From Candidatus Freyarchaeum deiterrae (lineage in GTDB: Archaea; Asgardarchaeota; Jordiarchaeia; Jordiarchaeales; Jordiarchaeaceae), in assembly GCA_037305845.1 (NCBI GenBank), contig CP147778.1, positions 768,001 through 832,000 on the forward strand: a stretch of 64,000 nucleotides of DNA, written 5' to 3'. A program made the translations under genes and the position numbers. Below the pieces are notes generated by a model. The model did no database searches. It was not told where the DNA came from and saw only the letters and a program-made list of their open reading frames with translations. This document shows, in pieces, positions 57,783 through 64,000 of the stretch (position 1 is the stretch's first letter; the number at the start of each line of letters is the position of its first letter).

Positions 57783-58141
57783 TTGTTTAAAAAATGAGAG
57801 TGAAGTATAACAAACCAAGAAATATATGCGTTCATACTCCCTTTTTCTCTAGTAACTAACTAAGTCAAGCCCCCCAAAAACAATACTCTTCCTGTTTTCT
57901 AAAAATGTTAAAAAAAGGTGCAAGTTATTAGAGGCGTCACAAATTTTTCATGAGTGATAAAGAGTTTTTCTTTTTTCCCCATTTCAACTTGTAATTTTAT
58001 TAAAAATCATTCGCCATTTTTTTATAAATTATTAATGAAGACCAAGTATTAAATGAAACTTCATATTATTATCTAATACTTTTTGCACCAATCGCAAATG
58101 TGTACCAAAAGATTTTAAAAAAAATGAACTGTTTTTAAACT

Positions 58142-58161
58142 TGTACACAAATGTACACAAA
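58142..58161 (+). promoter_or_regulatory. Direct repeat TGTACACAAA x2, candidate operator
   Basis: Perfect 10-bp tandem repeat just upstream of the RBS of an HTH-ATPase gene; inverted partial copy TGTGTAC at ~58099. Confidence 0.5.
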
Positions 58162-58175
58162 TTGAGGTAAATTAT

Positions 58176-59069
58176 ATGGCTATTGATGATTTAGATTCCA
58201 AGCTAATAGAGATTCTTAAAAAGGATGCAAGAACACCTGCATCGAAAATCGCTGAAGTGCTTGGAATCTCACGGATGACTGTAAAAAATAGGATGAAAAG
58301 ACTTGAAGACCTAGGCATTATTAGACAGTACACCGTAATGCTCGGTGTTAAGCCTTTGATATCTACTCCTTTTCAGATAAAAAAATTGGAGAGGGTTAAA
58401 AGTGGAGTCCCAGGTTTTGATAACCTATGCGAGGGTGGATTACCGAAATCTACGACCACACTGCTTCGGGGGCCTCCAGGAGCCGGGAAAACTATTTTCG
58501 GGTTTCAATTTCTTTATAATGGTTACAAAGAGTATGGCGAACCGGGAGCCCTCATAGCGTTACAGGATTCCCCCAGCGATTTGTTAACATTCGCATCCAC
58601 CTTAGGAATAAATTTGGACAATAGTAAAATATCTATCACAAGTCCCTTTGCCCCTGAGACTATTGTTCACGAGAGGGCGGACTATGAAACCTTGGCCCTT
58701 AACTTTGAGAAAACCATAGAGGAAGCAATATCACAAATAGGTGCGGAGAGAGTGGTTATAGACCCAATAACAATATTCCTATCCCGCTTTGAGGACATTT
58801 ACACAAGAAGAAGAGAAATCTACCTGATTAACAATTTTCTGCGTTCAAGGGGATGTACTACCATTATGATAGCTGAAGACTACGATGGGAGAGAGTATGC
58901 TTTAGAAAGCTTTGTGGCACAAAATGTTATAAATATGAGATATGGCGTAGAAGGCAATCACAGGAAAAAAGAGTTAGAAATATTGAAAATGTTTGCAACC
59001 GACCACAGCCGAGGCTTACACCCGTACTGGATTCAAAAAAACGGACTGAACATAGAACCTTCAACCTAG
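58176..59069 (+). CDS. AsnC-type HTH fused to KaiC/RAD55-like ATPase
   Basis: DDLDSKLIEILKKDAR HTH; SGVPGFD, GPPGAGKT, VVIDP, LKMFAT.H. Confidence 0.88.
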   Translation: MAIDDLDSKLIEILKKDARTPASKIAEVLGISRMTVKNRMKRLEDLGIIRQYTVMLGVKPLISTPFQIKKLERVKSGVPGFDNLCEGGLPKSTTTLLRGPPGAGKTIFGFQFLYNGYKEYGEPGALIALQDSPSDLLTFASTLGINLDNSKISITSPFAPETIVHERADYETLALNFEKTIEEAISQIGAERVVIDPITIFLSRFEDIYTRRREIYLINNFLRSRGCTTIMIAEDYDGREYALESFVAQNVINMRYGVEGNHRKKELEILKMFATDHSRGLHPYWIQKNGLNIEPST

Positions 59070-59252
59070 GGTTTTTCCCCTTTTTTTAATCAAATTTTTA
59101 CATAGTCTCGTGGTTTGATAAGGTTTTAATAAAAACTTACTACATTAATAGATTAATATGTTTCTTATATAATTTTTATATTTAAGAAAAATATGAGTAG
59201 CAATATTTATGTATAATCGATGTTTATATAAATATAAAGGTGGGATGCGACT

Positions 59253-59378
59253 TTGGTATGCCCAGAATATGATTCTGAAGAAAAAAAATGCAAGGTTACA
59301 GGGATGGTATTCCGCCAGGGTATGGAAGCCCCTTGTGAATACATAAAAGATCCTAACAAGTGTAGGCTGAATATGTGA
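59253..59378 (+). CDS. Small four-Cys protein (41 aa), absent from the ORF track
   Basis: TTG start; MVCPEYDSEEKKCKVTGMVFRQGMEAPCEYIKDPNKCRLNM; TATA (TTTATATAAATATAAA) and GGTGGGA RBS upstream; T-rich tract downstream. Confidence 0.65.
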   Translation: MVCPEYDSEEKKCKVTGMVFRQGMEAPCEYIKDPNKCRLNM

Positions 59379-59572
59379 AAGCATCCTGTCCATACATCTT
59401 TCTTTTTCTTTTTTCATCACCAAAAAGCCATTCAGGGAATTTTTATAATGAATTTCCGAATTTTTGTAGAAAAGTTTTTTGATATGGTAGTAAATTAAAG
59501 AGTAGAAAATATAAAGAGTTAGAGTCTACAAGGTTGTTAATCTATTTATTTGTTTCAAGGATGTGAAGTAAA

Positions 59573-60361
59573 GTGGGCAAAAACTTTGACAAGGCTCTGA
59601 GAGATTATCTGAGACCCCTTGAAGGCTTCGATAACTACCAAAATTGGTGGAATTGGTATAAAAATACGGAAATAAGAGTACAGCTCTACACTAAGCATCT
59701 CGGGGAATATTTGCGAGAAGTTTCCAAGCTTAAAATTCTGGATTTGGGATGCGGCGCTGGAGGCGTATGTGTTTCTTTCGCTAATAGAAACAACATGGTG
59801 ATAGGACTGGACCTGGATAAAAAACTAATTAACCTTACAAAAGTTAATGTTAGTGACTCGGAAGACCATTTTCCCCCTAAAGGGGGAGTTAGTGAAACTC
59901 TAGCCAGCGGAACGGATCTGCCATTCGAAGATGAAACGTTTGACTTGGTTCTTTGTAATGATGTTATTGAACATCTGGATAAACAGGAAGAACTGATACG
60001 AGAGATCTACCGTGTACTGAAAGAGGGTGGGTATCTCTACCTTACCACTCCGAACAGAAGATATCCTGTCGAATCTCACACAGGTATTTTCGGTATCACT
60101 TTATTGCCCAAGCCTTTAGCTGATATTTTTATACGTATGTCTGGACTTGGCACAAGCTTCCCGGTTAAACTGCTTTCTTACGAGACTCTTATTCGCTTAC
60201 TTCTATTGGTTAAGTTTCAATCGGTTATTAACTCTCCCAAATGGGATAAGTATTTCCCGAATAGTGGTATCATGAAATTAATAAGAAGAAGTAGAGGTCT
60301 AGAGTGGGTTTTTAACCTATTTACGCCCTTATACACAGTTCTGACTAAAAAAATTAAATAG
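59573..60361 (+). CDS. Class I SAM-dependent methyltransferase
   Basis: LDLGCGAG, GLDLD, LPFEDETFD, VIEH, RVLKEGG...TTPN. Confidence 0.9.
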   Translation: MGKNFDKALRDYLRPLEGFDNYQNWWNWYKNTEIRVQLYTKHLGEYLREVSKLKILDLGCGAGGVCVSFANRNNMVIGLDLDKKLINLTKVNVSDSEDHFPPKGGVSETLASGTDLPFEDETFDLVLCNDVIEHLDKQEELIREIYRVLKEGGYLYLTTPNRRYPVESHTGIFGITLLPKPLADIFIRMSGLGTSFPVKLLSYETLIRLLLLVKFQSVINSPKWDKYFPNSGIMKLIRRSRGLEWVFNLFTPLYTVLTKKIK

Positions 60362-60458
60362 GCGAGTCTATAATTGTATGCCGAAATGGAAAACTTTTTT
60401 GAATACGTTAATGATTTAAGCACCAAAGAAGACGAAGAATGTAAAACAGTAAAAAAGG

Positions 60459-61526
60459 GTGACTTCAATGTCAAAAATTAAAGTTGCAGTTTTAGGAGTA
60501 GGTGACTGTTGCTCCTCGCTGGTTCAGGGAGTCAGCTCCTACAATAACGGAGACTTCGTGGGAATAAAGTTTAATGATTTCGGAGGATACAAACCGAGTG
60601 ATATACAGTTTACCGCAGCTTTTGATATAGATTCCCTAAAAGTAGGAAAGGAATTATCCGAGGCAATTTTTGCAAAGACAAATCGCTATGAAAAAGTTAA
60701 TGGTGTCGAGCCTCTAGGCGTGACCGTTCAAAAGGGAGAAGTAATGGACGGACTCGGAGAATTCCTTCAAAACCAAATTAAGGTAGATAAAAAACCAAGT
60801 GTAAATGTAAGCGAAGAATTGAAAAAAAGCAAAACAGAGATAGTGATAAACTTTGTACCCACAGGTGCGGTACAAGCGTCAAAATGGTACGCAGAGCAGG
60901 CGCTCAAGGCGGGATGTGCCTTCATTAATGCAACTCCTACAGAAATTGCAAGTAGCAAAGATTGGGCTGCTCGATTCGAAAAGGCTAAACTCCCTCTTGT
61001 TGGTGACGATATTATGAACCAAATCGGTGCCACGATTCTGCACAAAACGTTACTAGAATTCTTGGTTGAAAGAGGAGTAAAAATAGACGAAACTTACCAA
61101 CTTGATATTGGAGGCGGCACCGAATCCTTAGTTACGCTTGAAAAGGCGAGAGGCGACATAAAGAGAGAAGTGAAAAGAAGAGCACTCCAAGCATCTATAC
61201 CCTACGAAGTGCCGATCACAGCGGGAACCACCGACTATGTAGATTTCATGAAAAACACGCGAGACTCCTACTTCTGGATAAGTGGGAGATACTTTAATAA
61301 TACACCTGTGAAAATCGACATCACACTCAGAACAGTTGATGCGCCTAACTCATCATCAATACTAATGGATGCAATAAGAGGAGTTAAAATAGCACTTGAC
61401 AGAAAGGTTTACGGAACCATTGACACGCTCTGCGCGTACGGGTTTAAAAAGCCCCCAAAATTCTTCTCGCCAACTGAAACAGAACAAATGATAAACGAGT
61501 ACATAGAAGGAAAAAGAAACAGGTAG
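60459..61526 (+). CDS. ino1: myo-Inositol-1-phosphate synthase family protein
   Basis: GVGDCCSSLVQG, AAFDID..KVG, GDD..QIGAT.LH, YQLDIGG, DAPNS, FKKPP. Confidence 0.88.
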   Translation: MTSMSKIKVAVLGVGDCCSSLVQGVSSYNNGDFVGIKFNDFGGYKPSDIQFTAAFDIDSLKVGKELSEAIFAKTNRYEKVNGVEPLGVTVQKGEVMDGLGEFLQNQIKVDKKPSVNVSEELKKSKTEIVINFVPTGAVQASKWYAEQALKAGCAFINATPTEIASSKDWAARFEKAKLPLVGDDIMNQIGATILHKTLLEFLVERGVKIDETYQLDIGGGTESLVTLEKARGDIKREVKRRALQASIPYEVPITAGTTDYVDFMKNTRDSYFWISGRYFNNTPVKIDITLRTVDAPNSSSILMDAIRGVKIALDRKVYGTIDTLCAYGFKKPPKFFSPTETEQMINEYIEGKRNR

Positions 61527-61612
61527 TCAGTTGAACAATAATTTTCTACCAAACTTTAATTTTTAATTAATGTTACGCTATTTTTTCCAAGGCGCTTCAA
61601 AAAACCAAGGAA

Positions 61613-62572
61613 CTAAAAGATGATACCTTTAGGAAAATTTAAAATAAGTGTAATCAGCAATAGGGATATTCCCCATGCGATTAGAATAATCGGCTGAACC
61701 TTAAGTTGATATAAATAGATTTTGTATACCGAAAACCAAGGCATGTAAACGATGATATTTACTGCTTGAATGGCAACTAGGAGGAGGACTATTCTCAAAT
61801 CTATTGCTAGATACCACCCAAAGTAAATTGTTCCAATCGTTCCTAAAATAGCAAATGTTAGGAAGAAGTATCGGCCTCTTTGCCATGATTTAAGTGAGAC
61901 TGCTGTGGTTTTAATTCCCAAGTCTCTATCAACAAAATAGTCTCCTAGCAAGTTTTGCATTTGAAACAGGCAGGATACCACGAAAAATCCGACAGCAAAG
62001 AAGTAAGCGGTTTCGTTTAACGCTCCCCCGTAGGCTGTTGTTCCGATTAGAATCAGTAGTGAACCTAAGAATAGTCCGTGAGATATTACGTCAATTCCGG
62101 GTCTCTTCTTTAATCTGAAAGGTGGAACCGAATAAAGGAAACCTAGTACTGCACAGGTGGTTGAGAACAAAAATCCAAAAAGTCCGCCCATATAGGAAAA
62201 GAAAGCCACTGCAGCCATGGCTATTATAACACTGAATAGGACCGCCTCTTTTTTGGTGATGAGCCCTCGCGCCACAAGATTGCTGGTCTTGCCCGCGTTT
62301 ACGTCTTCCTGCACATCAAACGCGTTGTTTATGGAAAAAAATGAGCCGGTTAGGAAAAAGGCGAAGACAGCAAGAGGAAACATCTGTAATAAGGCGTTAA
62401 ATGTCAGCTGGAATATGTCATTGAACTTTCCAGGATTGAATGTAGTTGCCCAGCCTATGATTACCAAACTGGTCCAACCCGCAATGTTTCTTACTCGGCA
62501 GTTCAAAAACAGATTCTTAATCTTAGTTAACTTTGAAGTGCTAGGCATACTCATAGTGCTAGGCATACTCAT
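61613..62572 (-). CDS. UbiA-family prenyltransferase
   Basis: NNAFDVQED, YSVPPFRLK, NLLGDYFVD...GIKTTAV; multi-TM. Confidence 0.88.
   Translation of the reverse strand: MSMPSTMSMPSTSKLTKIKNLFLNCRVRNIAGWTSLVIIGWATTFNPGKFNDIFQLTFNALLQMFPLAVFAFFLTGSFFSINNAFDVQEDVNAGKTSNLVARGLITKKEAVLFSVIIAMAAVAFFSYMGGLFGFLFSTTCAVLGFLYSVPPFRLKKRPGIDVISHGLFLGSLLILIGTTAYGGALNETAYFFAVGFFVVSCLFQMQNLLGDYFVDRDLGIKTTAVSLKSWQRGRYFFLTFAILGTIGTIYFGWYLAIDLRIVLLLVAIQAVNIIVYMPWFSVYKIYLYQLKVQPIILIAWGISLLLITLILNFPKGIIF
62537..62572 (-). repeat. Perfect 18-bp tandem duplication at the ubiA-like start (MSMPST x2)
   Basis: AGTGCTAGGCATACTCAT twice on the + strand. Confidence 0.9.
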
Positions 62573-62811
62573 TCACCAATAATCAGGGGGGGGAGGTTTT
62601 TTCAATAATAATCTTGGAAAGATTGAGCTTTCTCTTATAAAAAGCTTTCATAACAGTAGATTCATAGCAACTTAATATAACTAACCGTCAGTTAATTAGA
62701 GGAAGTACTTAATATAGATTTTTATATAATAGTAGATATATGATTATATACTTAACCTAAATGGAAAATTAATATTAATAAAAAGGGTCATATATTTTTA
62801 AATTATAATAC

Positions 62812-63036
62812 TTAAATTTGTAACTCGTAAAGGGTTTGGAGTTCTTCGGATATTTTCAAAGATCGCGTGATAATCTGTGTGTCTTCTATTTCTGTTTCAA
62901 GCATTTCTGTAATCTTTTTGAGTCCCTCGGCTAATAGTATTGCTCTATCATACCATTCCTTTTCTAAAGCGAATTTCAGGCTTTCCGCCATACTGACTAT
63001 TGAATTTGCCTCACTTAACAGGGTACCACCCCACAA
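62812..63036 (-). CDS. Small helical hypothetical protein
   Basis: Amphipathic helical 68-74 aa ORF; GGGGTGG RBS-like sequence; TATA-like upstream. Confidence 0.55.
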   Translation of the reverse strand: MWGGTLLSEANSIVSMAESLKFALEKEWYDRAILLAEGLKKITEMLETEIEDTQIITRSLKISEELQTLYELQI

Positions 63037-63208
63037 GCATTCTTTATTTCATCATACGCAATGGAGTATATAAGCTTTTTTGTTGTTGCACTACATAATT
63101 ATCGAACGACTGACTATGAAACAGAGAACTCTATTAGTGTAACATCCTCGTCTCACACACTTTTTTTAGTAAAATCATTTCTAAAAATCAAAGGAAAGGT
63201 GGGAAAAC

Positions 63209-63754
63209 TTGTTTATATCCAAGAAAGGTAAAGCGCCAAAAGGAAATTATTGGGATAAAAAAGAAAATACCGAAAATATGACCAAAATCCTGTTTGAGGA
63301 AGTCTCCAGTCTCGACCGCCGTTTCAAAATTTTGGAACAGCAAGTGAAAACAATAATGCAGGATTTATACGGTTTTAGGAGAATTACCCCTGACGATTCA
63401 CAGGGAAAAATAAATCCAATCCAAGAATCGACCTCCGAAGCTAAAAGTAAAAACGAAGATTCTCCATTCTCTCTTCTCCTCGAAAAATTCTCTCAACCCG
63501 TTTCAGCTCCGTCAAATCCTTCCTCAAAAAACTTATTTTCTCCACCTTTGTCCCCTCCCTCAGAAAAGGATATGGATACGCCCCTCTCCAAACGCTTTGC
63601 CTTCTCCCCTTCCGAATCCGCACATCCTCCAAATTCGCCCACCTTTCCTAGCCCCTCTCAAAATAAAGAAAAAGAAGAAGAGCCGGTACAAAAGGAAACA
63701 ATATCCCGCATGATACCTAGAGTAAAACTTGCAATCAAAACTCGTACCGATTGA
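63209..63754 (+). CDS. Hypothetical protein: short coiled coil plus Pro/Ser-rich disordered region
   Basis: LDRRFKILEQQVKTI heptads followed by SPP-rich low-complexity sequence. Confidence 0.6.
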   Translation: MFISKKGKAPKGNYWDKKENTENMTKILFEEVSSLDRRFKILEQQVKTIMQDLYGFRRITPDDSQGKINPIQESTSEAKSKNEDSPFSLLLEKFSQPVSAPSNPSSKNLFSPPLSPPSEKDMDTPLSKRFAFSPSESAHPPNSPTFPSPSQNKEKEEEPVQKETISRMIPRVKLAIKTRTD

Positions 63755-64000
63755 AGCATAAGAACGATGGATAATAAAAGCCCCCCGGACGAATAAGAGT
63801 TACAGGTCTTATATGAAGATGTTTACCGGCCTAAAACTGGTTTTGAACTACGCTAGACTTTACAAAAATAAGATGTCTGCATTTTAAGAGTTGTATTTTG
63901 TCACTCTTCCTCTATGAATATGTTTTTAAACTCTTAATTCGAGATACTCTCTCAAATGAGGTAATCCTCTTAGAAGGATAAGAGCTCTCAAAGTCTCATG

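Noticed and set aside
59145-59423. 92-aa minus-strand ORF
   Set aside because: Low-complexity AT-rich translation; promoter and RBS signals favour the + strand four-Cys ORF
1-64000. CRISPR arrays, IS elements, integrases, rRNA
   Set aside because: No regularly spaced repeats, transposase or integrase motifs, or rRNA-like sequence seen by eye

Overview
A 64 kb chromosomal window from an archaeon. An Asgard archaeon is inferred from its longin-, roadblock- and profilin-fold proteins, a two-domain Rpb5-like RpoH and a eukaryote-like XPD/Rad3 helicase. Most genes are housekeeping or metabolic: ileS, gdhA, thrC, thiDN, ilvC, guaA, carbamate kinase, methanofuran-pathway genes, hdrBC, ino1, an ABC exporter and a PIN-type TA pair. 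Several features are missing from the ORF track. (1) A near-complete selenocysteine system: pstK, selB, sepsecS and a 153-nt tRNA-Sec gene (anticodon UCA) interrupted by two BHB-type introns, in the D-loop and T-loop. A HesB-like ORF with an in-frame UGA (7980-8336) is followed by a eukaryote-like SECIS hairpin with a variant kink-turn core. (2) A duplicated module of a small profilin/roadblock-fold protein plus a 7TM membrane protein, with a shared promoter motif and a deletion remnant. (3) A candidate ~141-nt structured RNA ending in a tRNA-like stem plus ACCA, with a BHB-like motif. (4) A structured ileS leader. (5) A 41-aa four-Cys protein. No CRISPR array, rRNA or transposase was seen. 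All family assignments come from motif recognition by eye; no searches were run.
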